This document shows positions 8,843 through 16,556 of a stretch of 29,635 nt of DNA, piece by piece. Source of the DNA: a virus (lineage: Duplodnaviria; Caudoviricetes). Where the stretch lies: positions 1 through 29,635 of IMG/VR virus record IMGVR_UViG_3300044960_000463. One strand, written 5' to 3'. Both the position numbers and the translations under genes were made by a program. Below the pieces are notes generated by a model. It had not been told where the DNA came from and searched no databases. It saw nothing but the letters and a program-made list of their open reading frames with translations. How positions within the stretch are numbered: the stretch's first letter is position 1; every line of letters starts with the position of its first letter.

Positions 8843-9093
8843 GAGGCATGGTCACCCTGCACCGCATGCACCAAGGTGACACTGGCAGGCACATCGCCGA
8901 TCGTAGCTGCCCGTGCCGTCCGGTCGGCTACGAAGTGCGAGCCGACCGCGAACTCGACATCCCGTCCTACGTGGTCTACTACCACCGGCACACGCTCTAT
9001 CCAAGTTGGGCATGGTGGGGAGGCTGGGCGGGACAACCTGAGGCTATCACGAACGCCTCCGTGTACGTGTCCAGGATCAGAGACGCCGAATGA
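8836..9093 (+). CDS. His/Cys putative metal-binding protein (paralog of 3098-3463)
   Basis: VTLHRMHQGDTGRH...CPCRPVGYE...VVYYHRH..Y...WW. Confidence 0.68.
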   Translation: MVGGMVTLHRMHQGDTGRHIADRSCPCRPVGYEVRADRELDIPSYVVYYHRHTLYPSWAWWGGWAGQPEAITNASVYVSRIRDAE

Positions 9094-9329
9094 CAGACCA
9101 TGAGCGGTACCAAGCCATGATGGCAGCGCTGGAAGAGCTGGCGGAGAATGTCCGATGCGGCTGCATGCCGTACCGGGGCGGTTCCACTGCCAGCCGGCAC
9201 TGGAGCACCTGCCAATGGGCAACCATCCAGGATGTGTTCGATGTGGTCGCCAAGCACCTGCGGCTCAGCAGGGAGCTGGCGCCAGTTCAGCTTAAACCAG
9301 AGAAAGGAGTCAGCCGATTTGAGCAGTAA
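9090..9329 (+). CDS. Hypothetical protein
   Basis: ATGA-coupled; contains C.C...H...C. Confidence 0.6.
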   Translation: MTDHERYQAMMAALEELAENVRCGCMPYRGGSTASRHWSTCQWATIQDVFDVVAKHLRLSRELAPVQLKPEKGVSRFEQ

Positions 9330-9525
9330 AGGCAATCCAGCAATTGGAGTTTTCCCGGAACCTAAGTGGCGTTACGTCTGCCGAATCTGCGGCAAGCCGG
9401 GCATCGGGCCGCACAACGCCCGAATCCACCCTGGCGAGTGCCGGAAGAAGTGGCAAGCGGTGCTCAATGCGCGCAAGCGCGCGCGCCGAAAGGCGGAAAG
9501 AGAGAGGCGGCAGAAATCCTCGTGA
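9319..9525 (+). CDS. Small CxxC-HxxxC zinc finger with basic tail (paralog of the C-terminus of 11080-11466)
   Basis: CRICGKPGIG..NARIHPGEC; AGGAG RBS before TTG 9319. Confidence 0.65.
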   Translation: MSSKGNPAIGVFPEPKWRYVCRICGKPGIGPHNARIHPGECRKKWQAVLNARKRARRKAERERRQKSS

Positions 9526-10529
9526 CATCCGAAAATCGGACGCTGCAACTGATCGTCGGAGACGCCCTGGAGGAGCTGCGCAAGCTTCCGGATCACTCCG
9601 TAGACTGCTGCGTAACCTCGCCGCCGTATTGGGGACTCCGGCAGTACGATATCCGGCCGTCTGTTTGGAACGAAGACCCGTACTGCAAGCACGAGTGGGA
9701 AGATGCCTGGGGCGCCGGCGGCAAGCGGGGCCATCTGTGTAGGTTTTGCGAGGCTTGGCTCGGCGCCTTGGGCATGGAGCCATGGCCGCAGATGTTCGTG
9801 CACAACCTGTGCGAAGTGTGCGACGAAATCGCCCGAGTGCTGAAGCCCAGAGGCACATTTTGGCTGAACATCGGTGACAGCTACTACGATGGGCCGGCGC
9901 AAAATGGCTTCAAGCCAAAGGACCTGTGCGGCATACCGTGGGAAACGGCGCTCTCGCTGCGCAGTCGTGGCTGGTGGCTTCGCCAGGACATCATTTGGGC
10001 GAAGGCGAATCCCCTTCCGGAGCCTGTGCTGGACCGGTGCGTGCGCAGCCACGAATACCTGTTCCTGCTCACGCGCTCCAGGAAGTACTACTTCGACTAC
10101 CAGGCGATTGAGGAGCCATGCACGGACGCTCGCTATCGGCTCCAGGGCAAAATCCGCCCGGAGACGAGCGCCTACAATCCGAACGTCCCAGGCGAGGAAG
10201 GCTTCCGGCTGGGGATGAACCTGCATCGGCAGGCCGGTCCGCGCCCAACCCGACGCAAGCGCTCGGTGTGGCGCATCCCGACCCAGCCGGTAGGCCAAGG
10301 GCACAATGCGGCATTTCCAGTGGCACTGGCGCGGCCATGCGTGCTTGCTGGCTGCCCGCCGGATGGCGTAGTGCTGGACCCGTTTTGCGGCACAGGCACG
10401 GTCGGAGTGGTCGCCGTCAAGCATGGCCGAAGGTTCATCGGGATCGACATATCGCAGCAGTTCATCGAAATAGCGCGGCGGCGAATCGAATCTGCCGCGC
10501 CGTTGTTTGTTAACGGAGGTGGGGCATGA
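9522..10529 (+). CDS. Beta-class amino DNA methyltransferase (N4-C/N6-A)
   Basis: VTSPPY catalytic motif N-terminal; H.A.FP and VLDPFCGTGT SAM motif C-terminal; GTGA overlap start. Confidence 0.95.
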   Translation: MTSENRTLQLIVGDALEELRKLPDHSVDCCVTSPPYWGLRQYDIRPSVWNEDPYCKHEWEDAWGAGGKRGHLCRFCEAWLGALGMEPWPQMFVHNLCEVCDEIARVLKPRGTFWLNIGDSYYDGPAQNGFKPKDLCGIPWETALSLRSRGWWLRQDIIWAKANPLPEPVLDRCVRSHEYLFLLTRSRKYYFDYQAIEEPCTDARYRLQGKIRPETSAYNPNVPGEEGFRLGMNLHRQAGPRPTRRKRSVWRIPTQPVGQGHNAAFPVALARPCVLAGCPPDGVVLDPFCGTGTVGVVAVKHGRRFIGIDISQQFIEIARRRIESAAPLFVNGGGA

Positions 10530-11077
10530 GCCGAATGTCACGGCAAATGCTGAGCTTGATGAGAAAGAGCGGAATTAAGCCGTCGCTGGCTGACCTTAAG
10601 GAATCCTACCAGCAGATCCCTGGGATGAGTCGGTCGGATTCGCAAGCGTTCTGGATGCGCCTCTCAGGGAAGACCTATGACCAGATCGGGGAGCAGCTTG
10701 GGGTTAGCTACGAGCGGGCACGGCAGAAAGCTCTGGTGGTCACTCGCCGGCTGATCCGAGCGGTAGAGGCGCAATGGCGAGCGCAGGAGAGGATCAGGCA
10801 GCTCAAAGAGGAGATCATCCTCCTGAGGCTGTCGAAGCCTACTGTTGCGCCTTCAAGGCCCGTGAGCACCCTCCCGCCAGCTACGGAGCTGCCGATAGAG
10901 TTCCTACGGGTAAGCACCAGGGCGTACAACGTGCTTGTCCGGGAAGGCGTGACCACGGTGGCGCAGGCGGCGATGAAAGGGATGAAGTGGTTCATGAGCC
11001 GCAGGGGCTGCGGCGTTAAGACAGCCCATGAGATCAAACAAGCCCTGGAAGACATCGGCGTGCCGATGGTGGATTGA
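10526..11077 (+). CDS. Sigma70 region-4 HTH fused to an RNA polymerase alpha-CTD-like domain
   Basis: GKTYDQIGEQLGVSYERARQ (sigma 4.2) and PIEFLRVSTRAYNVL.REGVTTV...RGCGVKTAHEIKQAL (alpha-CTD pattern), joined by a coiled coil and a Pro/Ser linker. Confidence 0.85.
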   Translation: MSRMSRQMLSLMRKSGIKPSLADLKESYQQIPGMSRSDSQAFWMRLSGKTYDQIGEQLGVSYERARQKALVVTRRLIRAVEAQWRAQERIRQLKEEIILLRLSKPTVAPSRPVSTLPPATELPIEFLRVSTRAYNVLVREGVTTVAQAAMKGMKWFMSRRGCGVKTAHEIKQALEDIGVPMVD

Positions 11078-11079
11078 GT

Positions 11080-11466
11080 ATGGCAGAGTACGAAGTGCGG
11101 TGGAAAACTGCTCTGGGCAAAGTTGGCACATGGCCGGCAGCGAGCTTCGACGACGGCGTGCAGCGTTGCCGGCTGGCGGCGAAGCGTGGGGCGTGTGCCC
11201 AGCTAGTCCATGTGCCTACCCAGCGCATTTTGGCGCAAGCGAAGTTCTACGAGCCTGGCGATGGGCCGTCTTTGGTCTACAGCCACAAGGCTCAGCGGCC
11301 GTTTATTTGCCGGATGTGCGGTCAGCCAGGCGTAGGCGACCGCAACACCCGCTTGCACCCAGGCGAGTGCCAGCGGCAATGGACCCGGCAACGCGAGGCA
11401 GCCAACCGTCAGCGCCGGCGGTTGGCCAAACAGAAGAAGGGAGAAAGCAGCAGTGGGAAAGCCTGA
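11080..11466 (+). CDS. Hypothetical protein with C-terminal CxxC-HxxxC zinc finger
   Basis: CRMCGQPGVG..NTRLHPGEC followed by a basic helix. Confidence 0.7.
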   Translation: MAEYEVRWKTALGKVGTWPAASFDDGVQRCRLAAKRGACAQLVHVPTQRILAQAKFYEPGDGPSLVYSHKAQRPFICRMCGQPGVGDRNTRLHPGECQRQWTRQREAANRQRRRLAKQKKGESSSGKA

Positions 11467-11746
11467 AGGCAAAGATGTGGTTACCGGAGAAGTGCGCGTC
11501 ATGCGAAGCTCGGACGGCGAATTGGTGCTATTGGAGCTGAAGGGTAGCGACGGCTCGTCATCCGCAGCCTATTTCGACATCGAAACCGCAGGGCGGCTGG
11601 GAATGTCGCTTCTGAGAATCGCCAAGGAAGCCGCGCAGGCGGCCAGGGAGCGACAAGCAGAGTCGGGGCGCGGACGTGGCGGGGTAGTAGCCATCCGCAA
11701 GGGGCTGCCACAGCCCGAAGCCGATCAAGGAGAGGAGGAACGGTAA
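11453..11746 (+). CDS. Hypothetical protein
   Basis: Operon-filling ORF overlapping the upstream gene. Confidence 0.65.
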   Translation: MGKPEGKDVVTGEVRVMRSSDGELVLLELKGSDGSSSAAYFDIETAGRLGMSLLRIAKEAAQAARERQAESGRGRGGVVAIRKGLPQPEADQGEEER

Positions 11747-11747
11747 G

Positions 11748-12017
11748 GTGCGGGTTTACGCTGGAATCGATAAGAAGACTGCGAGCAAATGGGTGCTGCG
11801 GCTGGAAATCTCCGCTGAGGAGATGGCGCTGGCGGAGTTCAGCGAGCAGGACGTGCGCCTGATCAACGAGAACATGCAGTCTGGCATGGTGAGCAACATC
11901 CTGCTTGGCGCCTGGCTGTATGCTGTCAGGGTCGAGCAAGGGCTTGGGCTGCACCAGGACAAGGAGGAAGGCCAAGCGAAGCAAGATGCTGACCAAAGAG
12001 TACGAACCGATCTTTGA
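11748..12017 (+). CDS. Hypothetical protein
   Basis: GAGGAGG RBS, GTG start. Confidence 0.6.
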   Translation: MRVYAGIDKKTASKWVLRLEISAEEMALAEFSEQDVRLINENMQSGMVSNILLGAWLYAVRVEQGLGLHQDKEEGQAKQDADQRVRTDL

Positions 12018-12930
12018 CCGCACTCAGGCCGCCGAGGCCGACGGGCAGCGCAGGCCCTTACCGAAGTGGGTTTGGCCGTGGCAAATTGAAGCGGCGGGGT
12101 TTACTGCCGACCCTAGCGCCAGAATCGACCGCCGGGTCTACATTGAGCGGACATGCGAAATCGGTTCAGAGGTGCGCATTGCCCATGGCTGCTTACTCCA
12201 AGACGGCGCCAAGGTCGGAGCTAGGGCAGAAGTGCAGCCGTATGTGCGCCTAGGTGACAGGTGCCAGGTCGGCGAGGGGTGCGAGCTTGGCCGAGGCGCC
12301 TTGCTTCTGGACGAGGTGACGATCGGCAACTACGTGGAAATCGGCCCAATGGCGGTCCTGTCCGAGAAAGTGCGCATCGGTTCGCATTCCTCCGTCCGGG
12401 CAAAGGTGCGCATTGGGCCGAACACGGTCATCGGCGAGCGCTGCTCACTGCTCGAAGGCGCAACCGTCGGCGCCGGATGCACCATCGGGGACGCTGTTCG
12501 GATCAGCACTGGCGCCTACCTGGGCGATGGGGTGCGGCTTGCCGAGAACGTGTTTGTGGGCAATGGCGCCAGTATCCACAATGGGGCTGAAGTGGGCGAG
12601 AAGGTGCGCATCGGCGCTGGAGTTAGCGTGGCGCCTGAGGTGAAGCTGGACCCGCTAACGAGCTGGTCTGTCAGCCCATTTCACATCCGAGGTTCGGACG
12701 GGCCGGTGTACGTCTGCGGCCCAGGGATGGTCGTGGCCGCTGGCCACCGGCTCAACATCGGCCACTGGCTGGAGTCCGCCGAGGTGGTTTTTCGCCAGGC
12801 GTTCAATAACAAGTCCAAACTGGTGCGCGAGTACCGAGCTTACATAGAATTGGCCGGATACTGGATGGAATTGCACGGATACTTGCGCTGGCCGGAAGCC
12901 TCGCAGGGTACAATGAAGGGCGGAGGTTAG
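11986..12930 (+). CDS. Hexapeptide-repeat (left-handed beta-helix) protein
   Basis: Long uninterrupted [LIV]Gxxxx repeats (IGSEVR IAHGCL LQDGAK VGARAE ...) plus a non-repeat C-terminal domain. Confidence 0.9.
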   Translation: MLTKEYEPIFDRTQAAEADGQRRPLPKWVWPWQIEAAGFTADPSARIDRRVYIERTCEIGSEVRIAHGCLLQDGAKVGARAEVQPYVRLGDRCQVGEGCELGRGALLLDEVTIGNYVEIGPMAVLSEKVRIGSHSSVRAKVRIGPNTVIGERCSLLEGATVGAGCTIGDAVRISTGAYLGDGVRLAENVFVGNGASIHNGAEVGEKVRIGAGVSVAPEVKLDPLTSWSVSPFHIRGSDGPVYVCGPGMVVAAGHRLNIGHWLESAEVVFRQAFNNKSKLVREYRAYIELAGYWMELHGYLRWPEASQGTMKGGG

Positions 12931-13107
12931 ATGGGTTTGTTTGTAAACGAAACCAAGCTGGCGCAAGAGATGGGCAAGCAGGTGCGGAGCATCCTGCAAT
13001 CGCAAATCATCCCGCTGCTCCAAGGCGGTCTACTGCTTCGCGGCAACATCAAGGGCATTGGTTTCGAACTCACCATCAAGCTCGCAACAAAGGAGGACTG
13101 GCAATGA
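12931..13107 (+). CDS. Small hypothetical protein (58 aa, missing from the ORF track)
   Basis: GGAGGT RBS; MGLFVNETKLAQ...KEDWQ; ATGA overlap with 13104. Confidence 0.65.
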   Translation: MGLFVNETKLAQEMGKQVRSILQSQIIPLLQGGLLLRGNIKGIGFELTIKLATKEDWQ

Positions 13108-13601
13108 GGCTTATGTTCAAGGGCGTCGGGTTGGTATTTGGGCTGCTGCTGTTTGGGACGTTGGCTCGGGCGGAGCAGCCCGGCCAGTGGCTGGGCGCCG
13201 GGGTGCAGTTTAACCAGTACGCCTCGCCCCAAATCAACGGGGTGTTGGCCTACGCCAAGAAGCTGAGGGGAGAGGAGAAGCCTACCTACTCCTACACAGC
13301 GGTCAATTTCCTGAGCGTCCAGAAGGAGCCGTTTCGGGTGATGACGACCACCGAAACAGGCATCGCGCAGTACCTGACGCGCTTCCGGCGCATGGACGTG
13401 TACGCGCTTGGCACCGCCGGGATGGCGTCCTCCGGCGGTGAGAGCGGGACCAATGTCGGCTACTCGCTCTCTGGCGGGCTGATGGCGATTACCGCAGTGC
13501 GCAAGGGCGTGACCATCGGGCCGTACTACCGGGCCACCAAGACCAGCCTATCGGATGCTCAGCACGCGGTTGGGATCATGATCGGCATCGGGGACAAGTA
13601 G
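13104..13601 (+). CDS. Exported protein, probable small outer-membrane beta-barrel
   Basis: Signal peptide ending A-R-A; about eight alternating Gly/aromatic strands (WLGAGVQF, VYALGTAG, VGYSLSGG, VGIMIGIG). Confidence 0.6.
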   Translation: MRLMFKGVGLVFGLLLFGTLARAEQPGQWLGAGVQFNQYASPQINGVLAYAKKLRGEEKPTYSYTAVNFLSVQKEPFRVMTTTETGIAQYLTRFRRMDVYALGTAGMASSGGESGTNVGYSLSGGLMAITAVRKGVTIGPYYRATKTSLSDAQHAVGIMIGIGDK

Positions 13602-13765
13602 TGGACTACCACATCCTGCCTGTCGAGGACTTGGAGGCGCACCTGGAGGATGACACATGCCCGTGCCGTCCGACATTCGAATCTGTGCTCGGCGGCAGGC
13701 TGGTGATCCACAACGCCTTCGATGGACGAGAGCTTGTTGAGAACAGCGAGGTGGTGCTGAGCTGA
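13601..13765 (+). CDS. Small His/Cys protein (54 aa, missing from the ORF track)
   Basis: MDYHILPVEDLEAHLEDDTCPCRP...LVIHNAFDGRE; one-base overlaps with both neighbours (TAG/GTG and TGA/ATG). Confidence 0.75.
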   Translation: MDYHILPVEDLEAHLEDDTCPCRPTFESVLGGRLVIHNAFDGRELVENSEVVLS

Positions 13766-14289
13766 TGCTTACGCCTGCTCAAGAGAGATTTCTGAAAATG
13801 GCCGCAGAGGCGGCTGTGCGCAGCGAACGGCGGACCGGAGTCCCAGCAGAGGTCGTGCTGGCTCAGGCGATCCTGGAATCCGGCTGGGGGCGGGCCATGC
13901 CCCCGGACAGCAACAATGTGTTCGGAATCAAGGACACCGACCGCTACCCTGGGGCTTCCTATGCAATGACCACGGAGTGGACGGCTAGTGGGCCGCAGCG
14001 GGTTAATGCGGCGTTCGAGAAGTATCCCAGCCTGGAGGAGTGCTTTGTGGACCACGCTCGGTTGATCTCCGGGGTGAACCGCAACGTGTACACTCCGCAT
14101 TTCCGGCTGTACTCGGCGGACAAGGACGTGAGGGGCTTCCTGTGGGGCATTGCTGCGCACTATGCCACCGACCCGCAATACGCGGTGAAGTGCTGGTCGC
14201 TGGCAACGTCTTCGCTGGTTGACAGGGCGCTATCAATCGCACGAGAGGGATTGCAGAACGAGCCGCCTCAGGCGCCAACCTTAGCCTGA
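13765..14289 (+). CDS. GH73 glucosaminidase (FlgJ-like); probable endolysin
   Basis: AQAILESGWG, NNVFGIK, F.KY.SLEE...DH and YATDPQYA. Confidence 0.93.
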   Translation: MLTPAQERFLKMAAEAAVRSERRTGVPAEVVLAQAILESGWGRAMPPDSNNVFGIKDTDRYPGASYAMTTEWTASGPQRVNAAFEKYPSLEECFVDHARLISGVNRNVYTPHFRLYSADKDVRGFLWGIAAHYATDPQYAVKCWSLATSSLVDRALSIAREGLQNEPPQAPTLA

Positions 14290-14462
14290 GCAGCCTCTGA
14301 GCCGTTCTTGGAATTCTGCTCCAGGTAGAACTTCAGAACCTTCTCGATTCCCTTGCGGATGCTCCCCTCCCCGATCGACTTGAGATGACGCTTGGTCGTC
14401 GGGCTGACCCTGGCGGCGATGACTATGGGCATAGTCTGCGAATTGTACATTTTCGGCCTCAT
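14268..14462 (-). CDS. Small ribbon-helix-helix-like regulator
   Basis: IVIAARVSPTTKRHLKSIGEGSIRKGIEKVLKFY reads as strand-helix-helix; lies directly behind a good - strand promoter; the only credible - strand gene. Start could also be 14450 or 14432. Confidence 0.6.
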   Translation of the reverse strand: MRPKMYNSQTMPIVIAARVSPTTKRHLKSIGEGSIRKGIEKVLKFYLEQNSKNGSEAAQAKVGA

Positions 14463-14469
14463 GCTATGG

Positions 14470-14498
14470 ATCGTAAACAAAATCATTGATTCCGTCAA
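14470..14498 (-). promoter_or_regulatory. Leftward sigma70 promoter
   Basis: TTGACG, 17 bp, TACGAT on the - strand. Confidence 0.7.
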
Positions 14499-14514
14499 CA
14501 CATTCGTATAGAAT
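14486..14514 (+). promoter_or_regulatory. Rightward sigma70 promoter ahead of the late region
   Basis: TTGATT, 17 bp, TAGAAT, ending 9 nt before ATG 14524. Confidence 0.7.
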
Positions 14515-14523
14515 AGCTTCCAG

Positions 14524-15027
14524 ATGGAAGCATTGAAAATGCCTGCTGTCGTCGCCCTGTGTTTAGCGCTAGGGCTGGCGACGGGGATTCTTGTCGCCCG
14601 TGCGAGCAAATCGCTGGGCGAGTTCACCCGCAGACTCCTGTCCGGCCTGGACAGGTTAGCCCAACTGGCATCAGAGGTGGCTTCCTCCAATCACGCCGTC
14701 CGGGAAGCCACCTCTGCATTTTTGACCAGCTCACAGGAGCTTCGAGAGCAGGTCGCCAGCCTGGCAGTCGCTGCTGAGAAACTGGCGCAGGTGGCATCGG
14801 TGCAAGCGCAGGCTCTTGAGTCTGTGCGCAAGATGGAGCAGGAGCGGCTGAAGCACCCTTACGGCAAGCCAGTGACGCCCACGCCGGCGCCGCTGAGCGA
14901 TCCGGAGCTGGAGTACCGGGTGCAGCAAATGGTCAAGGAGCAAGGGATCAGCCGGGAGCAGGCGCTGCTTACGCTCAACACCGCCAATGCCTCTTCCGTC
15001 TGGGACGGCTTTGAGCTGGGGAGCTAG
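14524..15027 (+). CDS. Membrane-anchored coiled-coil protein
   Basis: N-terminal hydrophobic helix followed by a long heptad-like helix. Confidence 0.7.
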   Translation: MEALKMPAVVALCLALGLATGILVARASKSLGEFTRRLLSGLDRLAQLASEVASSNHAVREATSAFLTSSQELREQVASLAVAAEKLAQVASVQAQALESVRKMEQERLKHPYGKPVTPTPAPLSDPELEYRVQQMVKEQGISREQALLTLNTANASSVWDGFELGS

Positions 15028-15031
15028 CCAA

Positions 15032-15829
15032 GTGAACCGAGCACTCTTCGTACGAATTGCATCGATGTGCCTGGCGCGCCACCGCGACAGCAGCCCGGAA
15101 GTTCAAGCTGAGGCGCTGGCGGATGAGATCGAGCGCACCATCTTGATCATGCGCGAACTCCAGTCTGGAGTGTTCTCCCGGCGCCAGGAACCGGCCACGG
15201 CATGGGAATCGGCCGTGGACGGCTGGCCGGGCCCTAGCCCATCCAGCGTCGTTCGCCAGCCGGCAGCGCAAGATGCGCAGCCTTCTGCCAAGGAACCCTC
15301 GACCGCTGCCCCTTCCCCGGCTCCAGCTCAAGCGGATGCCCCTCCGCCGATCATGGACTTTGAGCCTTCGGCAGCCCCGGAGCGGCCGGCTGCGCCCCAG
15401 GCTGCTGCGAAGCTGCATGGCCGGAAGGCAATGCCTGTGGAGGAGCTGAACCTTCTGATTCAGGAACGCACCCCGCCGTTCCTGGACGTCCCGGTGGAGA
15501 TCGAGGGGAGGCAGTACAACGTGCGGCTGAACCGCGATGTGATCTCCGCTCACGTCGAAGGCTGTGTGCGGCTGGTCTACCAGTACCCCAAGGCGCCGCA
15601 GGAGATCTACGTCTACGATGTAATCTCCGTGGATGATCTGCCGGTGGACCTCTCCGCGATCGTCTCCAAGCTAACGGCATTGGCCAAGGATGTGGTCAAG
15701 CCGCTCACCAAAGCCATTGTCCCCACCCCTCCCAAGATGCCCGACGGGCCCGTAACCGCTGGAGAATCAGCGGCTACTAGCGCGGATACGGAAGCAGTAC
15801 TAAAGATTTGGTCCTCAATCGGTTCCTAG
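15032..15829 (+). CDS. Hypothetical protein with Pro/Ala-rich linker
   Basis: Long ORF; GTG 15032 follows GGGGAG. Confidence 0.7.
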   Translation: MNRALFVRIASMCLARHRDSSPEVQAEALADEIERTILIMRELQSGVFSRRQEPATAWESAVDGWPGPSPSSVVRQPAAQDAQPSAKEPSTAAPSPAPAQADAPPPIMDFEPSAAPERPAAPQAAAKLHGRKAMPVEELNLLIQERTPPFLDVPVEIEGRQYNVRLNRDVISAHVEGCVRLVYQYPKAPQEIYVYDVISVDDLPVDLSAIVSKLTALAKDVVKPLTKAIVPTPPKMPDGPVTAGESAATSADTEAVLKIWSSIGS

Positions 15830-15935
15830 GAAACGAAAAACAGTTGAGTACTAGACGTATAGTAGTCTACACTTTGACCAGGGAGGTGCGATTGCTGTTG
15901 CGGCCACTCCCAGGCAAGAAGAAGGAGGCCATCAA

Positions 15936-16238
15936 ATGGGCATTGTTGAGCACACGGTCTCAGTGGGGGGAACGGCGGTCAGGGCGACAACCGACCCGGA
16001 GTTCCTATTGTTCGTCAGAATGGAGAACGAGACAGGCAGTGATGCCGTCTACGCTGGTACGACAAGCGCGGTTTCGTCGAGTGACTACGCCTTCAGCGTT
16101 TTGCCAGAGGCTGCTGACCGATCGAATGCAGTAACGATTGGGCCGTTCCCAGCAGCGCACATCCCGTTGCATGAATTGTGGTTTGTGGCCCCGGGAGGAA
16201 CCGGGGCCACATTGCATGTGGTCGGTGTGAAACTCTGA
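15936..16238 (+). CDS. Small beta-rich hypothetical protein
   Basis: AAGGAGG RBS; Thr/Ser/Val-rich, virion-like composition. Confidence 0.7.
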   Translation: MGIVEHTVSVGGTAVRATTDPEFLLFVRMENETGSDAVYAGTTSAVSSSDYAFSVLPEAADRSNAVTIGPFPAAHIPLHELWFVAPGGTGATLHVVGVKL

Positions 16239-16256
16239 CGGGCAAAGGGGGCGGAG

Positions 16257-16556
16257 TTGAATCAACTCGTTCTATGCCAACAAATCCTGACGGAGATCAA
16301 GGATTTTGTGATGCCAACCATTGGGTTGATTGGGCTTGGGGGTGGGCTGGTCGCGCTCTACTTTCGAGCCAGTTTGGCTGAGACGATCATTGGCAAGCTG
16401 AATGGAAGGTATGTGCACTCCTCGGTATGGGGGGCGACGAACCAGCGGCTAGAGGACAGGCTGACGTCGATGGAGCACCGCTTGGACGTGCTGGAGACCA
16501 AGGTGGACAACGGATTCGAGGCGGTGCGGAAGCAAATTGCCGATGTCGAAAGGTAA
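16257..16556 (+). CDS. Single-TM coiled-coil protein (holin-like candidate)
   Basis: TIGLIGLGGGLVALYF followed by RLTSMEHRLDVLETKVD. Confidence 0.55.
   Translation: MNQLVLCQQILTEIKDFVMPTIGLIGLGGGLVALYFRASLAETIIGKLNGRYVHSSVWGATNQRLEDRLTSMEHRLDVLETKVDNGFEAVRKQIADVER

Noticed and set aside
2145-10529. Identical 12-mer ggtggggcatga ending both methyltransferase genes
   Set aside because: Explained by an RBS plus ATGA coupling; too short to call a recombination site.
9372-10541. 389-aa antisense ORF, and similar ones at 17906-18937, 21420-22529 and 28316-29239
   Set aside because: They mirror well-supported + strand genes in high-GC DNA and have no recognisable motifs.
11986-12930. lpxD/lpxA gene call
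   Set aside because: Only the generic hexapeptide repeat is shared; LpxD and LpxA specific domains were not recognised.
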